This document shows, piece after piece, positions 28,665 to 44,920 of a DNA stretch of 64,000 bases. The number at the start of each line of letters is the position of its first letter. The stretch's first letter is position 1. Both the position numbers and the translations under genes were made by a program. The stretch covers positions 333,861-397,860 of the forward strand of contig NW_002060949.1 of the NCBI RefSeq assembly GCF_000150275.1, read 5' to 3'. The DNA is from Trichoplax adhaerens. Taxonomy: Eukaryota; Animalia; Placozoa. Under the pieces are notes generated by a model that made no database searches, was not told the DNA's origin, and worked only from the letters and a program-made list of their open reading frames with translations.

Positions 28665-31600
28665 TTTCAATGGTATATTATCAAATGACATAACTAGAAG
28701 AACTCTTATCTTAATTTACCAACAGTGAGATAAAAATGATTGAATGTGATTGAATAAATGAAGTACTGCGGTAAGAAAGCTGTATTAATCGATGATAAAA
28801 TATCGATGCTAAATGACAGAAAAGTGGACTGTTACATCAAAAATATGATATTAACTATTTTGACCAATATCGACAATGCGTTTTATAACAATGATTTTGA
28901 CTAAGATTGACAGTAAATAAAATTTTGACGTAATAATAGCCAGTAAAACAATGGAATTGGTGAATTCAATTGAATTTAAAGAAATTTTGCGTAGAGTAGA
29001 AGATCAAATTAAAACTCTTATATCGTTATATACTATCTTAGGGTAACTGAATTATCACGTGTGATATTTATGTTAAATTGTTGATGACATGATGGAATCG
29101 CTATTGTTTAAGGTCCCTTTTTATCTTTAGATATCCTATTAAGTCAGTTAGTAGTTTTGTTGTTGACAACTTTTTTGATCAAACGATGTAAATCAATTCT
29201 GTACATTTTTTGAAGGGTTTAGTTATACTCGCGAGAAAAACTATCGCTGACTCCTGGTGTTGAGTTAATACTAACGAAAGACAGTATATATATACAGTAT
29301 AATAATTTGGCTATTAAAGTTCATAGAATAATTTTATATTACTTCATTTGATTAATTAGGCACTTTCTCCATAGTTGGTGATCCTGACGCTGTCGTCGTT
29401 TTATTATATCAGACTGTTAATCCTTCCATAGAGCATAATTTGGAATAATTCGCATTCTGTGATATAATAATATAGGATGGCATAACATCAAAGTATCTGA
29501 TCTTAGCTCATAATTTTTGGGATCCAGAAAATTCTAAGTTATGGGTGTGGTCGGCCACTCTTAATCCTTAAAATAAGATATTATAAAGCTGCAAGAACTG
29601 CACTTAACACTGCTATATATGTTGATACTACTGATAGTAATGGATATTTCGCGAAAATATCTATCGTTATTTTATTTACAACAAAGATTCTGAAAATCTT
29701 TGAAAACTCGTACATGGTTTTTTTAGCTTACAATGAAATTAATGGAAGGATAGAAGAATTAAATAAATATCAAAGGTTTAAATTTCAGGCATTTTCTGCT
29801 ATTTATTGCAATCGTCAAGAACTAGTCGGAGTCGTCACATTGAACTCATCTACGTGCTGAATGATATAATGGAAATACTACATGGTTAAAACTCAAGCCG
29901 CAAATAATGAAAGAGATCATCATTATACCAAAGCGCTAAATGTTGTTCTGAAATTAGGCCTCTATTTTAGTATTCTCAATAAAATAGAATTTAAAAAAAT
30001 AAATTGTTTAAATGTCAAATTATTACTTTATCTAATGATTTTATTTTGTCTACAAGGTTATAAACAACTTTAAGAGAAAGATTTTACAGAAGGTGCGAGC
30101 TAAATGACGATGAAATGTAAGATAGAACCAATAATCCTATGGTTTATTGATGACTTCGTTTACTATTTTAATAACAAGGGCTACTTAATCATAATAGCGT
30201 TCCAGATATTGTTTCAAACTCACTAAATTTTGTCGGCATGACAAGAATTAAAAACAACGAATTGTATATATAAGCAGATCTATTTATTACGTAACAATAA
30301 AGATTTTATCGAATCGGCTATTGACAGTATTGATGCAAGCAGGAAGTAACATTTTATTTACATCTCCGTTTATCAATTGATTTTTTGTTATTATTTTGTG
30401 ATGCGGAAGATATTGAAACAGCCTCTAGGTGATGATGTTAAATTTCCATTAGCGATGAAAACTGTTGACATCAAAGATAAGCAAATTTGGCAATCGTTAA
30501 AAATATGTATGATGTAGGTTTGTCATAAATTTAAAAAAACTAATTATTTATCATGTAGCGAGGTTATCATAGCTATAAAACAACGTTGTATAAAGAGTGC
30601 TACAGTACCGTTATCATAATTATTATAAGAATAAAGAAGATTTTTTTAATTTGTTGAAATACCTTAAATATGTAGGCGTAGATTATTTTTAAGTCCCATA
30701 ACTATTCATTGAGTTCTTGCATCTCCTGCGTTAATTGGTTCAGGATTTATAGCTATAATAACCAATATTTCGTTTACTGCAATTAGGAATTATCTTTAAT
30801 CGTAATTACTAATGCCGTTTGGTGTTATCATTTATGCGAGTATGAACTTTCGAGGATATGCTGTACAATATCTCGTATGTCTTAAAATTTTTGTATCTTA
30901 ATACACTTTAGAACCTTCCATTTACGTCAATGAATTAACATTAAACAATTAGAAAGTTAACACTTCGTAATAAATTAAAATTTTTTTAAATTTATTCCCG
31001 TATGATGAAAATAATAAGTTATTTATTATTAAGTTCATGTTAGTAGTTGAACCCTTCAAACGAATTTTATGGCATGCAGAATTCGTAAATTTCCTATAAC
31101 CAATATAAAAGAAGAAATTGAAAAATTTGCGCAAGATGTGGCTTTTCTTTATGGTTTACAATGTATTGATATTAAATTTAATATATTTTATTATACTTTC
31201 TAGTATTCTCTGGGCTTATCAGATAGTTTCGTCCGATTAATTAGGACTCTACCAGAATAATAATACTTATTATACCATAAATTAATTTAAATATAAAGTG
31301 GTCAATTTCTGCTTTCATACGATACCATTTCACTTCTAACCGTTTGATATTGATACTAGACGAACCATTCAAGTAATAAATCGTTTGCATCTTATAGGAT
31401 ATCAGGTTTAAAGTATTTATACATGCATCTGATTTCATACCTGACTCGTATAAATGCCGTTGATTACGAAATAAAATGATAAAATATATGGCGAAGTATG
31501 CGCTATTACATTGTCAATAAACAAAATTTGAACATTAGTTTATTAGCAAACGAAATTGAAGCTACACGTTATTGCAACGCTAACATACAGTAAAACTAAT

Positions 31601-33172
31601 TATTATATGGCTATTTATCAATCACAGTATGGCATATTAATTGAAATTGTAGTCTGCACACAAGGAAAGAAATATAATAATGTGTACATATAGTTATCTA
31701 ACATCGTTAAAATAAGATAAAATAGCTCTATTGTTATCAAAGTAGATTAACAGTTATGTTAATTATGTCATTCCTACTAGTTGGAGCTACTTAATTGACA
31801 AAAATAGATATGTCTGCGATTTCATTTCAGCCGCGGAGGCACTATTTTGTGAGTTAACTCCTTCTCTTAATTCACCTGTTTCAGTTTCTATAAAGCTATA
31901 AAGCAGATATTGAACATAAATAAAACAGATTTTACTCTTGCTACGCAGTAAATACTAGCCAATTGCTAGATTACGCTCATGTTGGATTATAACATCTGTG
32001 GTATTTATACGGCACCGCATTAGGAATTACAACATCATCGGTTATTGATCAACTAAAGCCGTGATTAAAATCGATTAGGAGAAAAACTGACGTTATTAAC
32101 TAATATAATTCATCTTGAAATGTTTTTAATTGCAGTATTACAAATTTCTTTTATTCTTTGAACATCAATCTGCGATACCTTGCTACCAATTGAGTGGAAC
32201 AATAGCAATTCTAAATCTTGAGCTCTATCAAACTACAATATTACAATGGAACATCTAACAAAAGATTCAGTAATGTGGAAGAATATTCGTATATCAATTT
32301 AAAATTAAGAGCACTTCACTAAGAATAAAATGATCGTATAGTGTAAGGTTAAGCACTTGGAAAGCGAGTAGAATGTGATGTTACAAAGCCTTGGCGTTAT
32401 TTATTATTACACCCAGTAACATACTAACTCAGATAAAGGCATAACTTAAACGGTGACATTCCGATAATTATTACCATTAAACGTAGTGTGCAATAGTTTC
32501 CATTAATTGAATAAATAAACAAAGTAAGAATGCCAAAATTAATGTCAGAGTTAATGGCAAGGAGGTTTATTCTTCTCCAATCACTGTAAACTACCATTCA
32601 GAATGCAGCCTAAATATTAATCGTGTAATCAGCGACTATATTGTATTTTGTAGAGAATTTTAGAAATTATAGTATCTATTTTTTAGTTAATTCTTAATTG
32701 CTTGAATAATCAATGTTGTTCCACTTAAGTCATTCGAAAGAATACTGCTAATGGTTTTTAAATTTTATTCTAATACATATTTAAGAGAACTAGAAGCCAA
32801 AGCTACTAATGCTAATGTACTGCTTAGATATTAGACTAGTAAATATCTTAATATATGTTTGTAGTATAGCTTTGCGTCTATAGTAAATCAAGTTTATCCT
32901 TCTTTATCTAAAGACAAATATTATACATATGATATTGCAGAAAAAAACTTACATAGTGATTACGAATTGAAGCTTAACAAGCAAGTTGACTACCTCTTAT
33001 TCCAATATCAGTTTACTATACGATTTATAATTCAACTTATAACGTTAAAAAAAATGGCAGACAGATGAGGTCTATAGGATTCCATTATTGTCTGCCTAGC
33101 TGTAATGTACAGTGCCATTATATAAATACTCTACAAATGGCGAATCGTTTTTGCAGAGTAGTGACAAATGCT

Positions 33173-36100
33173 TCACTGTAATCGCTTCATAATAACTTTG
33201 TTATATTCTGATAACAAGTCTTCTACACCTTTAGAAATGGGCTTATAGTCACCTTCCCTTGTTTTGCTTTCGATAACTATGCAGGTAGTTCGAGTTAAGG
33301 ATTAAAGTTAAAATGAATGTAAGGAATATCAAAGTGAAAACATTCTTTGGATATTACGTTATATTTATTGCTATCTCTAGGATACATTCCTTCATCACAA
33401 AATTATTCTGCTCATAATGCTGCCACTTTCTTTCTAAGTTAGCAAGCTAAAGGAGATAAACGAAAAGGTCGCGTTATGAAGTAATAAAAAAGATGATTTT
33501 TTTAAATATTGAAATCATGTATTATAATCATTGGTCTCAAATAAGGGCATTGTCTTACTTGTGAATGAGTTTCGTTGGCATTTAGTTCGTTCTTTTCAAC
33601 TTCATACTGGTTATGTAACGATTCAATTACTACATTGCGATTACAGACAAAACATGAAAGACGGTATTCATGTAATGTGTTCGTTCAAAAGATTTATTAG
33701 CTCTATTTCTGTTTTAGCTGACCTTTCTTGAATAAATCCTTTCTTTTCTTTAAATTTTCTTTTTCAGTATTTAGACGCTGAAACGTAAATATATAACCTT
33801 AAAAGAATGTAATGATCCTATATATATCTGATTAAAACTTAATTGAAACTAGTCTCAATTACTACACTTTTCATAAACTAAAAATATAAACAGCAAATTT
33901 CATCCTAATAGATTATTCTTGCATGGTTTTACCTTTCTTTTATCTTCGGCAGAATTTTTTAGCCCAGCAATATCTTTGTACTTCTCAAGTTCCTATTGTT
34001 CAAATGAGTAATCAAGTAATAATTAATAGAACCGCGGCCACTTTAAGAACGTAATATATTATCAAAATTGATATAGTACGATACAGATTATAAAGATACA
34101 GACATCACACACAAATATTATTTGCATAATCTTCGGATTACACTGAATGTTTATTACAGTATAATAAACACAAACTTATGACCCCAGTTATGATAAAATT
34201 TTGACCGATATAGGTACGTAATTGATAAGAGAATTAATTTATCTAGCCAGTAATAAACCGCCTAATATTGAATATAAACTCTTTGTAAAGGTATTTTGAG
34301 AACGAATCAGATATCGCTTTCATACGAGATATTTCAAAATTATTGGATATACTCCAGTAATAAAAGCATAAATATGTCCTGGTGCAATACTACGTAGCTC
34401 TATGAACTTTTTTAAATCTCGTTATATTCTAAGTCGAAGTTCAGTCATGCAAAAAGTAGGAGCGATTAGAGATATTATGTAAAGGTCTTTATTGCAGATA
34501 ATCTTAATAGATTAAATCGACACCTTGACTAATTTTTTCGTTAAATTACAACTGAACAAAATCATAGAAATATAAGTAACAAACAGCTGATATGATTAAA
34601 ATAGTGTTAATAAAGACATGTAGATAAATGACTTACTTCAATCATGGTCTTCTTTTTGTCCTTCAATGCCTTCAGCTCCGAAGTGATCTTATTCTCTAAC
34701 TATTTAGATCAGAATTATTAGCATTTTACTTGAAAATACCAGCCTAATATTTTCCCTATCAGGAATTAAAATAATCTTTTAATTTACCTGTTCGACTTTT
34801 GCTAAATCTAACTGTAATCTTGAGCTCTCTACGTTAAAACAGAATAACAATCATCATAAATTTCAAGTAAATCATGCTGTTAGTAATTCATCGAATTCTT
34901 GAAGATTTACCAGCGTCCAACCCTTTAACGGTTGATTGAGATTTCTGCATTTCGTACTCTTTGAAAGATAAATCTTCCTATTTATATTGAAGCGTATTAA
35001 ACATTGTATCGGATTCATTTTAAAAATTATCTTAAAATACAACGATGGTGAGGACTGGGTTATGTCAAAGTTACTTACATTCATCTTTTGCATTTCTTCC
35101 TGAGTTGGCATGTGTTTGCTTCTGATCATATTCTAACGTTACAATCAGAGCAGCATTCGATCATAGGAAGAAAAATTTCATAAAAGCTAATTTTTATTAT
35201 CATTGTAACATCTATAAAGATTAATGATTTGCTCAATCTGAAACTTACGCGGCTAATCCTTTCCAATAATGCGACATTTTTAAGTTCCATTTGATTATTA
35301 TTTTCCTGTGAAGTAAATGTTGACGACATTAGAACATTTAAGGTTAAAGACACCATAATTTAAACTGCTGCATCTCTTACAATTTCTGTAGCCTTAGTTT
35401 CTTCAAATTTTTCAAGAAATTCTTTAAAATAACATAAGAATAAGTTTAATATTCGAAAATTTCGGCAGTGATACAATATTCTAATATATTAAAATGTGAG
35501 ACAAGTTTGTTATAGTGGAATAGCTTAAAGCTGTACTACTTGCTACTTCCAAGAGAGAACGTCATAACCCACTGCCAGTCAATACTAACGACTTACGCGT
35601 TTTCGATCACAGCACCTCGATTATAGCGCAAATATTCTATTACTGTTAGTACTCGATAACAGATTGCACTAAGTAGTTTAACTCTTAAAAGGTATATTAT
35701 AGCAACTGGAGTTAATAAACTGACTCTGTAAACTGTTAAGTTTTTGATATTACGTCAATGCAACATTAGTAGTTCAAAACGACCTCAAGTACCGTACTGT
35801 ACTAAAAACGAAGTGATCATGTATTGTTGAGAATGGAAGCGTTGCTACAGTAAACTAAAGGGTATTGTCCTTAATCATTTGTAAACTAGCTTTTGTAACA
35901 GTAAAATGCTGGTGCATATGTAGTTATAATTACCTTTAATTTACGTATGTTACAACGAATTATATTTTATACGGACATCCATAGCTGTAGAGTAGTGGAT
36001 GTAAACTCGCAAAATTAATATATCAACTGAATAAAGTAATAATACGTCCTAAGATATTTAAAATTTATTGATCTTCTAATCTTAACTATTCTTTATCTAA

Positions 36101-39100
36101 GATATTAAGCATTAAATCATTACTACAAACCATCCATTGCCGCTTCGCGTTTCTTTAATTCTTGAAGTTTGATATTTTGTTCACCTAATTATATTTAGAT
36201 GCATTATCGTTATGCAAGTTTTTACTTAAAAGGATGCATAGGAAAGTGATAGGATTTACCAGAATTACAAAGTTTCTAACCTTGAGATTCTTCCAATTCG
36301 CCATCTAATTGTTGTATTTGTGCAGTAGTATTTTCTATACTGTTTTCGATTTCTGTAAGCCTGTACCCAGAAGTAAAATTATTTTCGAAAGTTACTTAAT
36401 GACTAAAAGTACTCTATGAATCCTTTTGGCTTGCAACTGTTAGTAATTACAAATGCTACCGCTGATGCATCAGCAAAGTGGAAGAAAATGTTATTAATGC
36501 AATATTACTTTACCGAAACATACAGTTGACATGATAACTAGAAGTTGCGGCGTGTGAGTACTATGCGTTATATGTGATCAATTATACAGCATTTTGTTAT
36601 ACAATTTACAAATTAATAAAGGATAATATAATTTATAAACCAGCAGAAATATTGCTGATGACATGTTATGATATGGAAGAAGCCGTAACGACACAATTGC
36701 GTGAGGTAGTAGATATAAAACTTAAGACGTCACACTTATACAAATAGATCAGACTGAGTATGAGTATAAATTGTCACACAGATTGTATTTTTTATGCTTT
36801 AATAATGAGAATTAACAAGTAAAGAGGGAAGCGATTAAACTATAGAATTACTTTTTTTCCATTCTTGCCGATTCTTGACTATTCTCTTTAACCTAAAATG
36901 TAAAATTAAGTTTTATGTAATGTAAGATAAATAAATAATCAATTGCAATAATCTATGAGTAGTATACCTAAAAGTATTTAACAGCAAGATTTGTATTTTA
37001 TAATTATCTACTAGAATCCTGTATCAATAAATCGACAATACTTACATAGATATTTGCATATTATACAAACGATAGCGGTCAAAAGACTTAACTACGGGTA
37101 CCTGTTTCAGTAGGCGCTCGCGTTCTTCCATTGGAGTTCCCTTAGATTCATTGTGCATTTCATCCTGTAAACTTTGACGTTTATCTTCCAACTCACGGAG
37201 TTGTTGGTGTAAATTAACTGTTAGGTAAACATAATAACAACGCAAAAATAAATTAATATCTGATAATGCTCCTTAGAGTTATACTGGAACTTACACCTGT
37301 GACTAAATAATGAAATACGATATCGCTACCTGCTTCTTGCTTAATTGGCGAAGAGCTTAGTTCCTTGATAAATGATAAGAAAAATAGTGAATAAATAATC
37401 AAACAAATACACAAGCACTAAACTGCAATAATTTTCAAATATGTGAAGCTAAACTGAAATGTTATGTATCTGAACAAATAAAACCTCTTCCATATTTTGA
37501 ATTTTCATATGTAACATATCAGATTCAGATTGTTGCGATTCTAAGCGCTTAAATATGAAACAATTATTAATTAGATTTTTTTTCTTCGTATACAATATTC
37601 ATTCTTGTTACAGAATCATATAAAATTCCGTACTTGCTGAAGTTCAGCGTTTAGATTCTTCAACTTCACATACTTTGCTTTTTGAGTGTTATCCTAAAAT
37701 GATCAATCAAAAATTATAAATTATCCACTTGATACATATGACAAAGCAAATAGGACCATGGGTATGATTGTATAAAAATCTTTTATACCATGTCAGCGAC
37801 AAGATTGTCAGCTAAACGTCGTTCTTGCTCAATATCCGTCTCGAGACCTCGAATCTGCTCCTCAATTCTATTAAGTAATGGCAGGAATATTTGTAAAAAT
37901 TTTTACTGTCTTTAGTTACTGAGCAAAGAAGCAAGCGAAGGTAGATTACATAAATTGCTAGCTAAAAGTACTACTTTGATCTCGTGGTAAAGATTTCGTC
38001 AATTTTTCTAGCTTCTCTGTTGTTTTTTACTTGTACCTGATCGGTTTACAAAATTTATGAAATTATCATTAATCAATAACAGAATTTGTCATCGTTAGTT
38101 AAATAAATGAAATAACGTTGGCATACTGATCTTGTATTTTCTATTATAACTTCCATTCCGGTATCAGTGGTGACTTTATCAAGTAGCTAAGGTCATTTGA
38201 AAAAGACAATAAATATATTCAGCGTATTAAATTCTTAAATGGGTCAGATTTTTCCTGTAATTAAAATTTGCTATGATTTACAGTATTGTAGTCTCCTAAA
38301 TTTCCTTGAAGTTCCTTAATTTCATTCGCCAATTGCTCAGCTCTAATAAAGAAGCGCATTAATTTCATAAGTTTTAGCTCTTTTATAAGATATAATTGGC
38401 GATCGTCGTCGTATACATACTTCTTTTCGTATGTGATATACGTCGAGCTATCTTGATTCATTTGGTCGATTTCTCTGGATAGCTTGATATTTTCGGTATT
38501 CAATTCTGCAATTTTTGCTCTGTAATCATGGTGAATTTGAACATATTCTCAATGTATAATTTTCAATACGATGTAATGATAATTAACATTTAGATTATAA
38601 TCTTACCTCAATACGCCTAAGTAATAGGTTTTGTCTTGTACTTGCCTCTGCGGACCTAGAAAGAACCAGTAAAAATTATCAACTAAAAACTGATATCATA
38701 AAACAAGTACAATTTAGGATAAGCTATAACAAGGCTAAGCAGTTCATACGATAGTATGACAGTATAAATTAATTATGTGAACATACACGCACCTTTTGAC
38801 GCAGTTTTCATTCCGGATAATCCATGTTGTGTCATAGGGCGATCATGTACCGTAATCTGTGAGGATAAAACTGTTGGCCACGTTAAAAAATTAGTCGCAA
38901 TACGTATTCAAGATGTAATGTTAGTGACATACTGTATAATAGAGCTTTTTCAAGAGTAATGAGACTATTATTGAATTATTACCTCCTCCTCCTAATCCAC
39001 CTGCTCTAGATCCAGGTCTGACAGATGCAGTCCCTCCATTCTGCTAGTTTAATGCAGTTATATTCCAGAATTACTAATTAAATTATTTGTTCATCCGTAA

Positions 39101-39662
39101 TCAATCTAGTTATATAATATAACCATATCATTTAATTGTTTACCGCTCCTAGAATAAGAATAAGTGAAAGTTCATTAAGATAATGTACAGCATGATGAAA
39201 TTTAATCATACAAGAAGTAGATACTAAAACTTTTCTTCAATTTTTATCAGAAAATATAATAAAAGCACAAATATCGTGAAATTTACCTGTCTGAAGACGT
39301 CGGGCGCTCGCTATGAACATGAAATTATAAAAAATTTTAAGTCACATTAGTATTGAGTTTACTAAAATATATTTAAAATCTAGCACTCTGCAGCTTAAAA
39401 TCTATCTATAGTGATAAACACTAAGATTTACGATCAGAAATAATGTTATCCTAAAGTGACAAGGTAAATTGCTATTCTTATCTGAAAAGGACTGGTGATT
39501 GTTAGTACAAATAGAAACTGACAATATAAGATAATGATTAGCTAGTCCTAGCTAATACGAAACAGATTTTGAGATTCATTAGTATGACATACCACTGCCA
39601 ACTCTGTCCGATCGGCTACTAGGCCGGTTAGATTGCGACGGATGAAGCGTATTTTTTGACAT
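33173..39662 (-). CDS. IFT74: Intraflagellar transport protein 74 (IFT-B core), more than 20 exons
   Basis: Spliced peptide [61 protein letters not shown] matches the IFT74 N-terminus. Coiled-coil exons follow ([45 protein letters not shown]). Stop at 33173-33175; ATG at 39662. Confidence 0.95.
39144..39148 (-). other. Predicted 5-nt microexon (GAGCG) of IFT74
   Basis: Minus strand reads ttcttattctag|GAGCG|gtaaac. It bridges a phase-1 donor (exon 39310-39287) to a phase-0 acceptor (exon starting 39043 or 39040). Confidence 0.75.
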
Positions 39663-40481
39663 TCTAAGTAATGTAGATGTTAAAGTAAAAGTTACTTTTT
39701 GATTGCAATTACGAGAATCAAAGATGATTTAGCTAAACAGATGGGTGATGACCAAAAGTTTAGTATTTCAGATATCGTTACAAATTCAGGGTACGATTAT
39801 AATTCAAATACGTTGAACTTCACTATTTTAAACGTAAGTAGACTAGTACCATCATTGCAGATACGTTATTTACTGCATGGAGATGTTGCTTGTATCAAAA
39901 TATTTAAATGACTGCTTACCATAGTACGATTTATTGATAAATTCGTTATTAGATATGATCTTACAGTATTAATGGGAAGTATCCTCAGTTAAAGTGTGAA
40001 AAAATTACTTACTGATCGGCAAAATTGATGGTTTTATTACAAGAAGTCTCCTAAGTATGTTCTCGTTTACGTTTTCTAAAATTCGGGTATCGAATCTCTG
40101 TAACTTAATTTTTGATAAATCATATTTAGAGTTATGCTATCACATAATATAATTACAACGATTATATTCTTTCCATTTACTATGCTAAACTTCGGAAAAC
40201 AGATCATGAAAATGAATATCACTAAATTATCCATTCTTAATGCAAGTAGATCAAGATTGGAGGTTAAATCTCTACTGATAGTATTTCAAGAAGTGCTAGA
40301 ATTTCATTTAACGGCTGAACTCTTCTGAAGCGCTACACGGATATGAATACTGGTTACGTACAAGGGCATGAAATAGACATTATAAAAGTATCGAGTCAAA
40401 AAATTTCAGAATACCTCGGTAAGATGGCGAATATTTTAAAAGAATCGATAAGATACGTGGTGAAGTTCGTATGAAGTTCTT

Positions 40482-40495
40482 GTATCCATAACAAC
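40482..40495. promoter_or_regulatory. RFX X-box upstream of IFT74
   Basis: GTATCCATAACAAC is an exact match to the X-box consensus GTHNYYATRRNAAC. It lies about 820 bp upstream of the ATG of a ciliary IFT gene. Confidence 0.75.
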
Positions 40496-40514
40496 AAGAT
40501 TTACTGCCAGCAAC

Positions 40515-40835
40515 CGTACGAGTATACTGTACAGTGTACAGTTGTACACTACAGTACTGTATACTGTACTGTACCATGGGACTACTGTATACTGTACAGT
40601 ACATGTAGATGAATGTCATACTGTATTGTACGGTACTGTACAGTACAGTATTTACCGAACTTCGTATGAACAGACATACAGTACTGTACTGTACAGTGTA
40701 CAGTACACTAAATGTACAGAACAGTACTGTACTGTACAGTACTACTGAATTGCCCATTTAGTGGAGATTCTGTACCGTACAGTGTACTGTACAGTACAGT
40801 ACGAATGTTACTGTACCATTCTACAGTACAGTACA
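40515..40835. repeat. Dense irregular array of TACAGTA/TACTGTA/GTACTGTACAGTAC palindromic units in the IFT74-GCDH divergent intergenic region
   Basis: Many overlapping tacagta, tactgta and gtactgtacagt motifs in about 320 bp. They produce the low-complexity YSTVQY ORFs on both strands. Confidence 0.85.
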
Positions 40836-41063
40836 TTTCATTTTTAACTTGACCTTTCAGAATTAAAGTACAAAACCCTAGTCTGAACATCAATTTAAAA
40901 CCAACAAATACAGCGCTGTAACTCAATTGTACTGTGCTGTATAGTAGACCATCAAATATCAAAACTATCTCCATCTTTGCTTACCCTCCTTCGTGTGATA
41001 GATATTTCGACTATTTTATACAACGATAATTAATACTTTAAAATATTGTCGATTATACAGTAC

Positions 41064-44920
<3,857 letters not shown>

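Noticed and set aside
39919-39922. ATG|gtaag as a one-codon first exon of IFT74
   Set aside because: Splicing to the acceptor at about 39663 gives an out-of-frame 12-codon ORF. It is at most a UTR exon or uORF.
40515-40835. Possible CRISPR-like array
   Set aside because: There is no constant repeat with unique spacers and no cas genes, and the context is eukaryotic.
40380-40974. ORFs rich in YSTVQY/TVLY on both strands
   Set aside because: They are translations of the TACAGTA/TACTGTA repeat array, not genes.
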